DNA of 64,000 bases from an uncultured delta proteobacterium (GCA_963699755.1 CAVOVB010000001.1:544001-608000); one strand, 5' to 3'; numbered from the stretch's first letter, positions 1 to 10,376 are shown. Numbers and translations: made by a program. The notes: generated by a model from the letters alone, not told the origin.

Positions 1-1411
1 CATTGGGTGTGCCCTCGGAGGCGACGCCGTCACGGGCGAACGGCACATCGGACGGAGTGAGAATCGACGCCTGGCCGTAATGGATGTCTGCACCTTCGAC
101 GTGCGGAAGGTTGCCAATCGCACCCGCCATCACGACGTAGATGTGGTTCTCGATGGCCCGCGCTTGGGCGCATGCGCGCGCGCGAATGTGGGCGGACCGG
201 ATATCGGTGTTGTAGGGGACGAAGAGCACATCGGCCCCCTTGGCCTTGACGATTCGCACCCACTCCGGAAACTCGACATCATAACAGATCGCGATCGCGA
301 TCTTGCCGCGATCGGTTTCAAACACCGAGATTTCTCGACCGGCGCTGACACCCCACCAGCGAACCTCGGCGGGCGTCACGTGAGTCTTGTACTGCTTGTC
401 GATGCGGCCGTCGCGATGAAATAGATAGGCGATGTTATAGAGGCGCTTCTTTTCGACAGCGAGATGGGTTCCAGCGATGATGTTGATGTTGTATTGGATC
501 GCCATGTCCGAGAAGAATGAAATGTACTTCTCGGTGAACTGATCGAGGGCTCGTGCCGAGAGCGCGGGGCTCGAACGGGATACCAAGGCGAGCAACTGAG
601 TCGTCAATAGCTCGGGAAAGAGCAGAAAATCCGCCCGATAGTCCGCCGCCGTGTCGATGAAGAATTCGCAGTGGGTCGCGAAGTCGTCGAAGCTGCTGAC
701 GGGGCGCATCTGGTACTGCACAGCGGCAACGCGCATGGCTGCGGCGGCCCGTCGCCTTGGGTCCGGCGGGACGAACGACGGGTTTCGCCATTCCATCAGG
801 ACCGCATGGCCCCGCGACTCCGTGTCACTCGGAAGATAGTTCTCAAGGACTTCTCGTACGACGAATCCGTTCGCGATTTGCGCGAGAATCACAGGGTCTC
901 GGATCTCTTTCCGAAGCACTCGGGCGAGGTATTCCTGCGGTGACATTTCGCTTGCGTACCGGCCGTACCTCGGCATACGGCCTCCAAAGATGATACCCCG
1001 AAGATTGAGCCGTCGTGCGAGCTCCTTGCGCTCGTCGTAGATCCGACGAGCGAATCTTTGGCCGCGAAAATCTGGATGGACCGCAATGTCGATTCCGTAG
1101 AGGGTGTCACCGTCTGGATCGTGCGTGCGGATCATGCCGCCTTCACATACGTCATCGTACGAATGGTGCTCGGGCATGTCGTCCAGATTGACGATGAGCG
1201 AAGCAGAGGTCGCGACGACATGCCCATCGACCTCGACGCAGAGTTGCCCTTCGGGAAACCTCTCGAGCTGGCTCACGAACTGGTTCAGATCCCAGGACTC
1301 GAGCTGCGGATATGCGCCCCGGTGCACCCGCTGCACGTCGCGAAAATCAGCCTTCTTGAGCTGCCGGACGACGACCCGGGGCTTTGCACGTAAAGGAGGG
1401 TCACTTGGCAT
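1..1411 (-). CDS. Bifunctional GNAT acetyltransferase / carbon-nitrogen hydrolase, 3' end runs off the window edge (missing from the ORF track)
   Basis: Manual translation from ATG at 1411 gives MPSDPPLRAKPRVVVRQL...GDTLYGIDIAVHPDFRG...MRVAAVQYQMR...LLFPEL...QYKTH...ICYDVEFPE...ARAIEN, open to position 1. The Glu-Lys-Cys nitrilase triad motifs are intact. Collinear with the neighbouring gene. Confidence 0.9.
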   Translation of the reverse strand, partial: MPSDPPLRAKPRVVVRQLKKADFRDVQRVHRGAYPQLESWDLNQFVSQLERFPEGQLCVEVDGHVVATSASLIVNLDDMPEHHSYDDVCEGGMIRTHDPDGDTLYGIDIAVHPDFRGQRFARRIYDERKELARRLNLRGIIFGGRMPRYGRYASEMSPQEYLARVLRKEIRDPVILAQIANGFVVREVLENYLPSDTESRGHAVLMEWRNPSFVPPDPRRRAAAAMRVAAVQYQMRPVSSFDDFATHCEFFIDTAADYRADFLLFPELLTTQLLALVSRSSPALSARALDQFTEKYISFFSDMAIQYNINIIAGTHLAVEKKRLYNIAYLFHRDGRIDKQYKTHVTPAEVRWWGVSAGREISVFETDRGKIAIAICYDVEFPEWVRIVKAKGADVLFVPYNTDIRSAHIRARACAQARAIENHIYVVMAGAIGNLPHVEGADIHYGQASILTPSDVPFARDGVASEGTPN

Positions 1412-1549
1412 GCCCGACGCTAGCAGGCGGCCGGGGGCGCGCCACTGGCGTTGCCCGCGCGCGAAGAGCTCTTCTTCCGGTTCCGAGGAACCTTTCCAAG
1501 GCACCTCACAGCCCCGAACGCCCGCTACCTAGCGGGCAGGGCGGGGTTG

Positions 1550-3160
1550 CTAGCGAGTTCGGACGACTTTGACCGGTTCTCTCGGCGCGATCTGGTAGAG
1601 GTCCGGTCGGCGATCCCGAAGCGGACGGACGCTTCCTAGCTCCCGGACTTGCTCGAGCGCGCCCAGGTCCAGGTCACTGATGACGACCGTCTCCGTGTTG
1701 AAGTCGGCCTTCGCTGCAATGGCATCGGGCGGGAAGGCGAAGTCGCTCGGCGTGCAGATGATCGCCTCACCGTAGTTGATGAGGAAGTTGTCGACCTGGG
1801 GCAGGTTTCCGACGTTCCCCGAGAGAACCACGTAAACCATGTTTTCGACGGCGCGGGCCTGACTGCTGTACCGGACGCGGAGATAGGCTTTGCGCTCGTC
1901 GGTGCTAAACGGAACGAAGAGGACCTCGGCGCCGGCCAGTGTCAAGATTCGAGCAAGCTCGGGGAACTCGACGTCATAGCAAACCAGGATCGCGATCCGG
2001 GCATGGCCGGTATCGAAGATGTGAAGCCCATTGCCGGGTTGGATCCCGTACTCCGCTCGCTCGTTTGGCGTAATGTGAAGCTTGGATTGCGTGTAGACAT
2101 TGCCCGATGGCGTGAAGAGATGGGCGACGTTCAACATCTCACCGTCGACGACGACTGGATGCGAACCTCCGATGATGAAGATGCCGCTCTTCTTGGCGCG
2201 CTTCACGAACATTTCCTTATATCGGTCGGCCATCGCTGCCAGCTCCCTCACGGCTTCGAGCGGCTGCATCGTGATGGGCATCATGCTGAAGAGCTGCGCG
2301 GTGAAGAGCTCAGGGAAACAGAGGAAATGGCTGTTGTACTGCTCGGCGGTCGAGACGAAGAAATCAACCTGTTGCTCGAACTCTTCCCACGAGGAAATCC
2401 TCCTCATCTCGTACTGGGCGGCACAAACCCGAATGCGGCGAACGGGTCGCTTGAGTGGTGCCCCTGCGATCCTGCGCCTCTCGGGGCTGAAGTTGGGGTT
2501 TACGTACTCGAGGAAGGTTGCATAGTCGAGACTCTGCTCGTCCCGGGCGTAGCCCATGTGCACGGATCGGACCTTGTATCCGGCATGTAGGTGCGCGTTG
2601 AGTGAAGGGTCTCGGAGCTCGCCGCGAATGACGCGGGCGACGTACTCCTCTGCCGTGATGCTCCCCGCGTGCTCCCGGTAACCGGGAATGCGACCACCAG
2701 CGACCATTCTGCGAAGATTGAACCGCCGAAGGATCCGCTTGCGCGCCGCGTAGAGCTTCTTCGAGATCCCCCGGCCTCGGAAGTCGGGATGAACGGCGAT
2801 GTCAGCGCCATAGAGGGTGTCCCCGCTTGGACTGTGCGTGCTGAAGGTGCCGTTCCCGGTTATCTCGCCCCAGGAGTACCAGGGTGAGTCGTCGTCGAGC
2901 TGAACGATGAGCGAGCTGGCATAGCCAACCACGTTGCCTTCGAACACGGCGACGAGCTGTCCGTCCGGAAAGGCTTCGATCTCGAATTGGAGCTCCCGGG
3001 CAGCCGGCAAGGTCTGGGGCGAAACCTGAGGATAGGCTGCGAGCTCGCATGCATAGATCCCCGGGATGTCCTCGAGGGTGGCACGGCGAACGGTGACACC
3101 GGATGGTTTACCCTTCTTCTTGACCGGAGGGGCTCTGTGTTCTTGATTGGGGGGGCTCAT
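1550..3160 (-). CDS. Bifunctional GNAT acetyltransferase / carbon-nitrogen hydrolase
   Basis: GNAT motif YGADIAVHPDFRGRGISKKL; nitrilase motifs FPEL, SKLH, VCYDVEFPE, ARAVEN. Start moved from 3271 to ATG 3160 (MSPPNQ). Confidence 0.9.
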   Translation of the reverse strand: MSPPNQEHRAPPVKKKGKPSGVTVRRATLEDIPGIYACELAAYPQVSPQTLPAARELQFEIEAFPDGQLVAVFEGNVVGYASSLIVQLDDDSPWYSWGEITGNGTFSTHSPSGDTLYGADIAVHPDFRGRGISKKLYAARKRILRRFNLRRMVAGGRIPGYREHAGSITAEEYVARVIRGELRDPSLNAHLHAGYKVRSVHMGYARDEQSLDYATFLEYVNPNFSPERRRIAGAPLKRPVRRIRVCAAQYEMRRISSWEEFEQQVDFFVSTAEQYNSHFLCFPELFTAQLFSMMPITMQPLEAVRELAAMADRYKEMFVKRAKKSGIFIIGGSHPVVVDGEMLNVAHLFTPSGNVYTQSKLHITPNERAEYGIQPGNGLHIFDTGHARIAILVCYDVEFPELARILTLAGAEVLFVPFSTDERKAYLRVRYSSQARAVENMVYVVLSGNVGNLPQVDNFLINYGEAIICTPSDFAFPPDAIAAKADFNTETVVISDLDLGALEQVRELGSVRPLRDRRPDLYQIAPREPVKVVRTR

Positions 3161-3362
3161 GGGATGCCGCGTTAGCACAATCCGGTCCAACCCACGCATC
3201 GAATCGTGAGCGCTTCCACCCGGGGCGCTCAGGCGGGGCCGAATCCATGGCGGCGCGCGACCCCGGCGCACTCAGTGGCTACGTCCGTCTCAGGTCAGCG
3301 AGCCTTCCTTGCGGCAGTCGGGTTCCCGAGGTCAACCCGATCCAGTACCTCGCTGCCCTTAC

Positions 3363-3640
3363 TCACTGCACGACGATCGTATTTCTGCAACCAACCACGA
3401 CGTTGAGCCTTGCTCTGTCACCGGCCGCGCTCACTTCATCGCAGGTGTTTTCGCACAGGTAGATCTCCGTCGGCGCGCTAGGAACGTCGTAGTACCAGGC
3501 CAGCTGACCGGAGGCGAATTCCCGGCCGCATGCTCACAGTCAGTGCCCATGCTCGCCGCACGATCGAGGACGAGATAGACGTCGAGAGGACTGCCCTCCA
3601 GCTGTTGTTCATGGACGATACCAGTGCGGCCGCCAAAGCC
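3363..3640 (-). pseudogene. Remnant of a myxobacterial vWA-domain lipoprotein with a large internal deletion
   Basis: One frame reads QLEGSPLDVYLVLDRAASMGTDC (start of a vWA MIDAS DxSxS strand). It joins near 3500 to AWYYDVPSAPTEIYLCENTCDEV...LNVVVGC...stop in another frame, which resembles the typical C-terminus of these proteins. The 5' boundary is approximate. Confidence 0.55.
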
Positions 3641-3767
3641 GCCGTCCGCGCTGCCAGCGCCCGAAAATCGTCAATTACCCCAATTGTACCATGAGAATAA
3701 GTCCAGCCAGTTCCTGAGCCGTCTCCAAATCACCTGCCCCGTTGCTGCTTATCGTAGTCCTGACTGC

Positions 3768-5286
3768 CTAGCGAGCGTGAAACACGTCGTCAGCGAGCTC
3801 GTCGGCGATCTCGGTGTTCCGACGAATGATCTCTGCCAAGGTCTTGCCTTCGACCTCCATCCGCTGAGTGTCGGAGAGGGTCTTGGTGTACCAGTAGCGG
3901 TCCCCATCGCGGAGCCATTCGAACTGCCGCTTGATCACCGCGACCATGAGCTCGCCCACATGGCCGCCGTCTACGGCGTCCTCGGCAAGCGCCCCCACCC
4001 AAAGATCCATGTCATCCGCGGTGTCGTAGACCGCGCCAAGGCGCGCCTGTGTGATGGCATCGGAGGTCACCTCGGGGAACGACGCGGCCTGCGCGAGCCC
4101 CATGGAGGCACGGACGGCATTGTAGTGTGGAAGCCCATGGTCGCGACCGCGCTGTGCCCATAGCGATAGATCGCTGTCGAGAACACGTTCGCGATCCTCG
4201 GGGCGAGTTTCGCGTCATACCCGCGAGAAGGGGCGAGAGCGTTCGGACCCAGCAGCGCCGGAAGGTATTAACGGTAGGTGATAGCTTGGATCTCTGCGCC
4301 AACCATCTGCCGGGCCTGCTCGTAGATCTCGTCTCCCGAGAGGCTTCGGTTTCGCCTGCCGATCTGAGTAGCCAAGCGGTTGTGCTCTCGCACGAACAAG
4401 GTGTGCAGCGCGGTCAGCCCGACTTGCTCAGTGGCTCGCAGATCGCCGGCGAGAAAGAGCATTGGTGAGTCGCCGTCGGCGTTCGGAAGCCCCGATTCGT
4501 TGAACGGAAGAAGGTTCCCGGCGCTGACCGCGAGCTTCCCGGAGCCGTCATTGGTGCGAAGTGCGGCGGCACGTTCGTAGTCCGAGCCATACACGTTGGA
4601 ACCGTCGATCCAGTGTGTGATCTCGTTGAGTTGCTGCCGAGGATTCGCGTTACTCGTCCCTGTGTCGGGGTCGTAGATCGATCGATTGAAGTCGATGACC
4701 TTCGTTCCCGTCGAGAGCGGATGGAAGAAGGGGTCGCCCGTTGGGACGGGGATGGGGCCGGTTCGGGAGGGTCCGTGCCATCGGTCAGATCGATGTCACC
4801 GTCGAGAAACTGGCCGCACTGCGGAAGAAAATCACTAGGACCGAGGGAATCGGGGTGCGTCTCCAACTGTGCACGCACCGCATTGCTCACTTCCCGTGGC
4901 GATGGTCGGCTGAGGCTGGGCATCGCTGAAATCCCTTCTTCGTACTCTGGCGACATCCAACGATTGAGCCGAGGATCCATGGCTCCGAGGTTTTCATCGC
5001 TTTCGTTGTTGCCGGTTCCGTCGATGCTCCGAAACGCCCGATTCCGCCTTTCGCGCTGATCGTGCGTCGCGCGTCGGTGGTCACCCGGGCGGCCATCCAG
5101 GCGATCATTTGAGCGGCGTATGCCCAGGGACATCGATACCACATTTGAGACGCCTTCCACCCCTAAGCGCCGCACATCGCCAATGTGGCCCTCCGCAGCG
5201 CATGCACTCGCAGCGAAAGCGAGGAGAATGCCACGCGCGAGCATAGGCCCCGTAGTTCTTGCTCGGTTCTCGTTTTGACTTTGCAT
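3768..5286 (-). pseudogene. Animal-heme-peroxidase family (peroxidase-cyclooxygenase) pseudogene
   Basis: Motifs spread over several frames: FRSIDGTGNN, GQFLDGDIDLT (distal His lost), GDLRATEQVGLTALHTLFVREHNRLA, ITYR followed by an in-frame TAA, YRYGHS, RGRDHGLPHYN, DLWVGALAED, QFEWLRDGDRYWY. Confidence 0.85.
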
Positions 5287-5299
5287 ATTCTCTTCCAAT

Positions 5300-5944
5300 C
5301 GGTTCCTGCTTCGACTGTGCGGGCTGCTCCAGCTTCAGCCGCACGAGATTGTTCAGAAACGCGAGCAAGTGGCTCTGTTCCTGTTCCGATAGACGGACGA
5401 AAGCCGTCCGTGAGTGCCGAACTTCGGTGCTGCCGCTGTCGACCACGTTGTCTGGCTGATCGCGAGTCAGGTCGAACCAGATTGGGTCGGCGGGGTCGAC
5501 GCCAACGGAGATTGGATCCTGCCCGGCTGGGAATCCGTCGTCCCGAAAGAACATATTCAGGCTGGGCTCACTGAAGATCGGATCCTCGAGCACCAGCGCG
5601 GGCGTATTGCAGCTCATGCACTCGGCTTGCTCGAACAACGCTTCGCCACGCGCGATCGCTTCGCGCTCTTCGGAGCCAAGCTGTTCGAGCCCAGCGTCCG
5701 CCAACTCCAACTTGGTGACGGGACGAGGCTGCGCAGCCAAGTAGATCGCGAGCGCAGTCCGATCGCCAAAGCCAAATTCGTTGACGACGCCGTCTCCGTC
5801 CCCGTCGACGCCATCACCGACGATCTCCACGCCTGCATTCCTATTTCACCATGACTTGCATCACGATTGAACGCGAGTACCGACGCGAAGTTGCCTTTCC
5901 ACTGAAGAGGCTTCACGACGAAATCGCTGTCGACGCCATCGAGG
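5300..5944 (-). pseudogene. C-terminal remnant of a di-heme oxidoreductase (DHOR / cytochrome c peroxidase-like) gene, cut by IS481
   Basis: LDGVDSDFVVKPLQWKG...DASHGEIGMQA, then a frameshift, then DGDGDGVVNE...RGEALFEQAECMSCNTP (CxxCH has become CxxCN)...LLAFLNNL. The 5' part is absent. The 3' boundary is approximate. Confidence 0.6.
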
Positions 5945-6956
5945 TGTGAAATCCCAGGACAAGGGTGACAACTCGGCTCTCCTCGGCGACAAGCCCGAAG
6001 GAAGAGAGTTGGATGACGAAGGCAGAGCAGGTTCGGCTTGCGCGATGGCGGATGAAAGTTCTCCGGCACGCTCCAGACACAACACAGAATGTTTCGCAAA
6101 CGAGTCGGTATTTCGGGGTTTCTCGGAAGACCTTCTACAAGTGGAAGGCTCGCCATGAGGAACACCCGGAGATCGGGGTGTGTGACCGGTCACGTGCTCC
6201 GCATCGCTCTGCAAATGCGACGCCGGCGAATGTGATTGCAAAGATTCTCTATTTGCGGAAGAAGTACCACTTCGGGCCCGAGCGGATTGCCTGCTATTTG
6301 CAGCGTTTTCATCAAGTCTCGATTGCGGTCTCGTCGGTTCATCGCATTCTTTGCCGACACGGGCTCAACCGCCTCGCAGCAAGTCAGAAGTACCGACGTC
6401 ACAAGCAGCGCTGGAAGCGCTGCGCGAAGCAGCCAGGTCACCACCTGCAAGTCGATGTGAAGTTTCTCGAGCGCATTCCAGGAACACGAAAGCGCTTCTA
6501 TCAGTTTACGGCCATCGACGATTGCACCCGCATACGGGTCCTCAAGATTTACGACGCATGCAATCAGAAGACAGCCATTGAGTTCATCGACGAGGTGATG
6601 CGACGGCTGCCTTTTCGGGTGCTCGTCGTCCAAACGGACAACGGTGCGGAGTTTCAATCGAATTTTCGCTGGCACCTCGAGGACCTTGACGTCCCGCACG
6701 TCTACATTCGACCGCGAACCCCCCGCTCAATGGCAAGGTAGAGCGGTCCCATCGAATCGACGACGAGGAGTTTTACCAGCTCTTGGAAGACGGCCCCGTT
6801 CGCGAGAGCATCTACCTGTTCAATAAGAAACTGCGCCAGTGGGAAGACTACTACAACTTCCATCGGCCACACGGCGCGCTCGATGGACAGACCCCCTACG
6901 AACGTCTATCGCAGAAAACGAGAGTCGAGGCGTCACCGAGCCCCTGAGAGACTACA
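5945..6956 (+). mobile_element. IS481-family insertion sequence (about 1012 bp)
   Basis: TGT...ACA ends with imperfect inverted repeats: TGTgaaatccCAGGacaagGGTGAC versus the reverse complement of the right end, TGTagtctctCAGGggctcGGTGAC. Encloses an HTH + DDE transposase. No target duplication seen. Confidence 0.85.
6013..6947 (+). pseudogene. IS481 transposase with a 1-nt frameshift near 6726
   Basis: HLQVDVK, TAIDDCTR, QTDNGAEF; RTPR continues in another frame as NGKVERSHRIDDEEFY...YNFHRPHGALDGQTP to TGA at 6945-6947. Confidence 0.85.
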
Positions 6957-6968
6957 CGTAATCCCTAG

Positions 6969-7042
6969 TCGGGGCGACTGGATTCGAACCAGCGACCTCA
7001 TGCTCCCAAAGCATGCGCACTACCAGGCTGTGCTACACCCCG
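6969..7042 (-). tRNA. tRNA-Pro (anticodon TGG); CCA end not encoded (reads CTA)
   Basis: Minus strand CGGGGTGTAGCACAGCCTGGTAGTGCGCATGCT-TTGGG-AGCATGAGGTCGCTGGTTCGAATCCAGTCGCCCCGA forms a cloverleaf with a TTCGAAT T-loop. Confidence 0.95.
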
Positions 7043-7087
7043 TGACCTTGTTACTACTGCGGTCTGGCGGCTTGGGGTAGCCGATGG

Positions 7088-7690
7088 CTAGCGGTTCTGC
7101 AACTCCCGCAGCACGCAGACGAGCTTTGCGGCCGCGATGGCGCGGTGGCTGATTTCGTTCTTCGTCTCGGGGCGGATCTCCGCCATCGTCTCCCTGTGGC
7201 CCGCGGGAACGAACAAAGGGTCATAACCGAATCCGTGGGCCCCCCTGGGTTCGCGGCCGATGCGCCCTTCACATGCACCTTCTGCGGTCGCGAGCTCCCG
7301 CCCTTTCTCGTCCACGACCACGATGGCGCAGCGGAATCGGGCTGTCCGTTGCTCGTCGCTGGTCCCCCTCAGCTCTTCGAGAAGCTTCTCGTTGTTTCGC
7401 GCGTCGGTGGCACCCTCCCCGGCATAACGCGCCGAGTGCACACCGGGCCGACCTCCAAGGGCGTCGACTTCGAGCCCACTGTCATCGGCCAAACAGGCGA
7501 CGCCGGCTAGCACCGCAATCTCGGTCGCCTTCTTGCGTGCGTTCCCGACAAAGGTGTTGCGGTCTTCCACGACCCGGATGGGCTCTGGCAAAGACGCCAT
7601 CGTCTCGAGCTCGAGCCCAGGCACGCCCTCCAGCAGCCGCTCGTACTCCCGCAGCTTTCCAGCGTTCATCGTAGCGATCAGAATGCGCAT
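7088..7690 (-). CDS. rdgB: Non-canonical purine NTP pyrophosphatase (RdgB/HAM1)
   Basis: ATMNAGKLRE, LADDSGLEVDALGGRPGVHSARY, GFGYDPLF, KNEISHR; follows rph. Confidence 0.95.
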   Translation of the reverse strand: MRILIATMNAGKLREYERLLEGVPGLELETMASLPEPIRVVEDRNTFVGNARKKATEIAVLAGVACLADDSGLEVDALGGRPGVHSARYAGEGATDARNNEKLLEELRGTSDEQRTARFRCAIVVVDEKGRELATAEGACEGRIGREPRGAHGFGYDPLFVPAGHRETMAEIRPETKNEISHRAIAAAKLVCVLRELQNR

Positions 7691-8439
7691 CAGGGCAGCA
7701 GGCGATCGAGGTCGATATCCAGGGCTCGAAGCGCACGGCGCTGTTCCTCAGCAAGCGCCGGCATCGCGACTAGCGCCAAGTCGATCATCTGATCGAGCTT
7801 CTCGCGCATGATCGGGGCGCCCTCTGCGGTGCCCTGCACCTCGACCACGGCACCGCGTGGCGTACCGACGACGTTCAGGTCGACTTCGGCATCCCGGTCT
7901 TCGGTGTAGCAAAGGTCCAGCATCGGCCGGTCTCCGAAAAGCCCCACACTGATCGCGGCAATCGGCTCGCGAACAACGCCCCTGTCGACCAGCCCCTTTG
8001 CGCGCAGCTGGTCGAGCGCGATCGCCGTCGCCACCATGCCGCCGGTAATCGACGCCGTCCGGGTCCCACCGTCGGCATCCAGCACGTCGCAATCCACCGT
8101 TATCAGCCGCTCGCCGAGTATTCCGAAATCGACCGCACCCCGAAGCGCGCGACCGACTAGGCGCTGAATCTCGGTCGTCCGTCCATCGACCCGACCGCTC
8201 CTTCCGTCGCGACGATTCCGCTCCGGATTGGCGCGCGGATGCATCGCGTATTCCGCGGTGAGCCAACCCTTGCCCGAGCCACGCATCCAATCGGGCACGC
8301 CTTCCGAGATCGAAGCTGCGATCAGAACGGTGGTTCCACCACAACGATAGAGCACAGATCCTTCCGGATTCCGCTGTACGTTCGTTTCGATCGAAACCGG
8401 TCGCAACGCGTCATAGGAGCGCCCGTCTGCTCTGCTCAT
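7690..8439 (-). CDS. rph: Ribonuclease PH
   Basis: RADGRSYDALRPV, GWLTAEYAMHPRA, GRTTEIQRLVGRALR, ADGGTRTASITG. ATG at 8439 has an SD (GGAGG) and overlaps the upstream stop codon. Confidence 0.95.
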   Translation of the reverse strand: MSRADGRSYDALRPVSIETNVQRNPEGSVLYRCGGTTVLIAASISEGVPDWMRGSGKGWLTAEYAMHPRANPERNRRDGRSGRVDGRTTEIQRLVGRALRGAVDFGILGERLITVDCDVLDADGGTRTASITGGMVATAIALDQLRAKGLVDRGVVREPIAAISVGLFGDRPMLDLCYTEDRDAEVDLNVVGTPRGAVVEVQGTAEGAPIMREKLDQMIDLALVAMPALAEEQRRALRALDIDLDRLLP

Positions 8440-10376
8440 CCAACCCTCCACAGGGACGAACCACTAGTCGTTTGCAATGCGGCTGGCAACCAAACTTCGA
8501 ACGTCGTTCCCTGCGGGTGTCGGGCCTTGCAGGCAATGCTCCCGCCATGTGCGACCACGATCTGCTGCGTGAGCGGCAAGCCGAGGCCCGTGCCCCGCTC
8601 CTTCGTGGTGTAGAACAGGTCGAAGACGTGCTCGCGCTCTTCCTCTTTGATGCCCGCGCCTTCATCATGAACCTGAATTCGCACGCCGCTCTCGTAACGC
8701 GTTGCTTCGAGCTTGGCTGTTCCGCCGTCAGGCATCGCTTCGCGCGCATTGCGAAGCAGGTTGAGTAGCGCTTGGCGGAGCTGGGGCTCATCCATCGCTA
8801 CCGCCGGCAACTGCGATGCCAGGTCCAAGGAGAGCTCCACACCTGATGCATCCATCTCGCGCCGCACGAACTCGGCGGTATCACGCAGAAGATGGGTCGG
8901 ATCTTCCGGGGTGAGCGAGGGCTCGGGCAAGCGCGCCAGGCGCAAGTACTCCTCGGTGATGCTTTCGAGCCGCTCGAGCTCTCTCTGAATCGACTCCAGC
9001 AAGCGTTGACTCTCAGGGCCCACATCTCGGACTTCGTCACCGAGCATGTCGACGTTAAGACCGATGCTCGAAAGTGGATTCCGAACCTCGTGCGTGACGT
9101 GCGCCGCCATCCGACCGATGGCCGCCAGGCGCTCGGTTTGGATCAGACGGGACTTGGTAGCTATCGCGTCCGACACGTCGTCCGCGACGACCAGGACGCC
9201 GCGTGAACCGCGCTCCGCAATCTCGTCACCGAACGGCGTCACGAGCACGTCGACCAAGCGCTCGGTGAAGCCGGCGATTCGCTCACCTTCCAAGCTCAGG
9301 GCATCTCCGCCCCCTGCGACTTTGGCGATGGCGCGGCCGAGCGCCGGGAATCGGCGAAGCAGCGAGGTATCGTCGATCGAAGCGCCCACATCGCGGACAC
9401 CCACGCCGAGGATCCCTTCGGCCGCGGGATTGGTGGTCTTGACGATTCGATCGCTGTCGATGACCAGAATCGCCGCGCTCAGGGCCTCGACGATCTGCAC
9501 CTGCATCCGTTGAAGTCGCTGCTCGGCAAGCGCCGCCTCGCGCAAGCTCTGATCACGCGCCGCCAGCGCGCGGACCATCCGCTCGAACTCCGCCACGAGC
9601 TGGCCTAGCTCGTCGTTGCGCCTGATGTCGACCGCGCTCGAAAGGTCTCCACGCGCCACGGCCGCCACCCGCTCGTGAAGGAGCGGGATCGGTCGGAGCA
9701 GCCGCTGCGAAAGGAAAGTCACCGCAACGCCAACCATCAAGGCGAGCAATCCGAGCAGCCCGAGGAGAAAAGTCGCGCGCTCCGACTGCGCGGCCGCCAG
9801 CGCACTGGTTCGCGAAATTCGCTGCTGCACACTTTGTGAGGCGCGGTCGTAGTTGCGCTCGATGCGTTGCTCGGTGCCGCGAAGCTCCGTCAGGAGCCGG
9901 TCGATCACCTCCTGCTCCTCATCTTCCATGTTGAAGAGCTGCTCATACTGGACGTCGATCTCGCTGTAGGCCTTCGCGATTGCATCGAGCTCTCGGCGCA
10001 CCGAGCGAAGTGCCGCTGGCTGTCCGAGCTCCTGCGCAAGGGCCTCCGCATTCTCGATGCCGTCGTAGGCGCGCCGCAAGGTCGTCGGCCGAATTCGCAG
10101 CGCAGCCCGGAGCCACGATTTGGTCGGCGTGCTTCGTTCCGATTGAAGCGCGCGCTCAACCAGGTTGGCATAGACGCTCTGCGTCGCCTTCGCCTGGCTC
10201 AGGGTCAAGGCCAGGGGCAGGTATCCGTCTTCCAACAAGCCGAGCGTCTGCGACGTCCGATGGTGCTGCAAGAAGCTCAGGCCACCCACCACCCCAAAAG
10301 CGACGAGCACGACGATGTACCCCAGCACGATGCGAGTGGGAATCGTGAGCGACCGACGCTGACCCGGGCGAGCCAT
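8436..10376 (-). CDS. Membrane sensor histidine kinase (HAMP, PAS, HisKA, HATPase)
   Basis: Two TM segments, HEVRNPL H-box, NLLRNA N-box, DEGAG, GTGLGL. Confidence 0.93.
   Translation of the reverse strand: MARPGQRRSLTIPTRIVLGYIVVLVAFGVVGGLSFLQHHRTSQTLGLLEDGYLPLALTLSQAKATQSVYANLVERALQSERSTPTKSWLRAALRIRPTTLRRAYDGIENAEALAQELGQPAALRSVRRELDAIAKAYSEIDVQYEQLFNMEDEEQEVIDRLLTELRGTEQRIERNYDRASQSVQQRISRTSALAAAQSERATFLLGLLGLLALMVGVAVTFLSQRLLRPIPLLHERVAAVARGDLSSAVDIRRNDELGQLVAEFERMVRALAARDQSLREAALAEQRLQRMQVQIVEALSAAILVIDSDRIVKTTNPAAEGILGVGVRDVGASIDDTSLLRRFPALGRAIAKVAGGGDALSLEGERIAGFTERLVDVLVTPFGDEIAERGSRGVLVVADDVSDAIATKSRLIQTERLAAIGRMAAHVTHEVRNPLSSIGLNVDMLGDEVRDVGPESQRLLESIQRELERLESITEEYLRLARLPEPSLTPEDPTHLLRDTAEFVRREMDASGVELSLDLASQLPAVAMDEPQLRQALLNLLRNAREAMPDGGTAKLEATRYESGVRIQVHDEGAGIKEEEREHVFDLFYTTKERGTGLGLPLTQQIVVAHGGSIACKARHPQGTTFEVWLPAALQTTSGSSLWRVG

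Noticed and set aside
6720..6741. Programmed frameshift in the IS481 transposase
   Set aside because: No slippery heptamer, and IS481 elements normally have one ORF. A single-base loss next to a C-run (mutation or sequencing error) is simpler.
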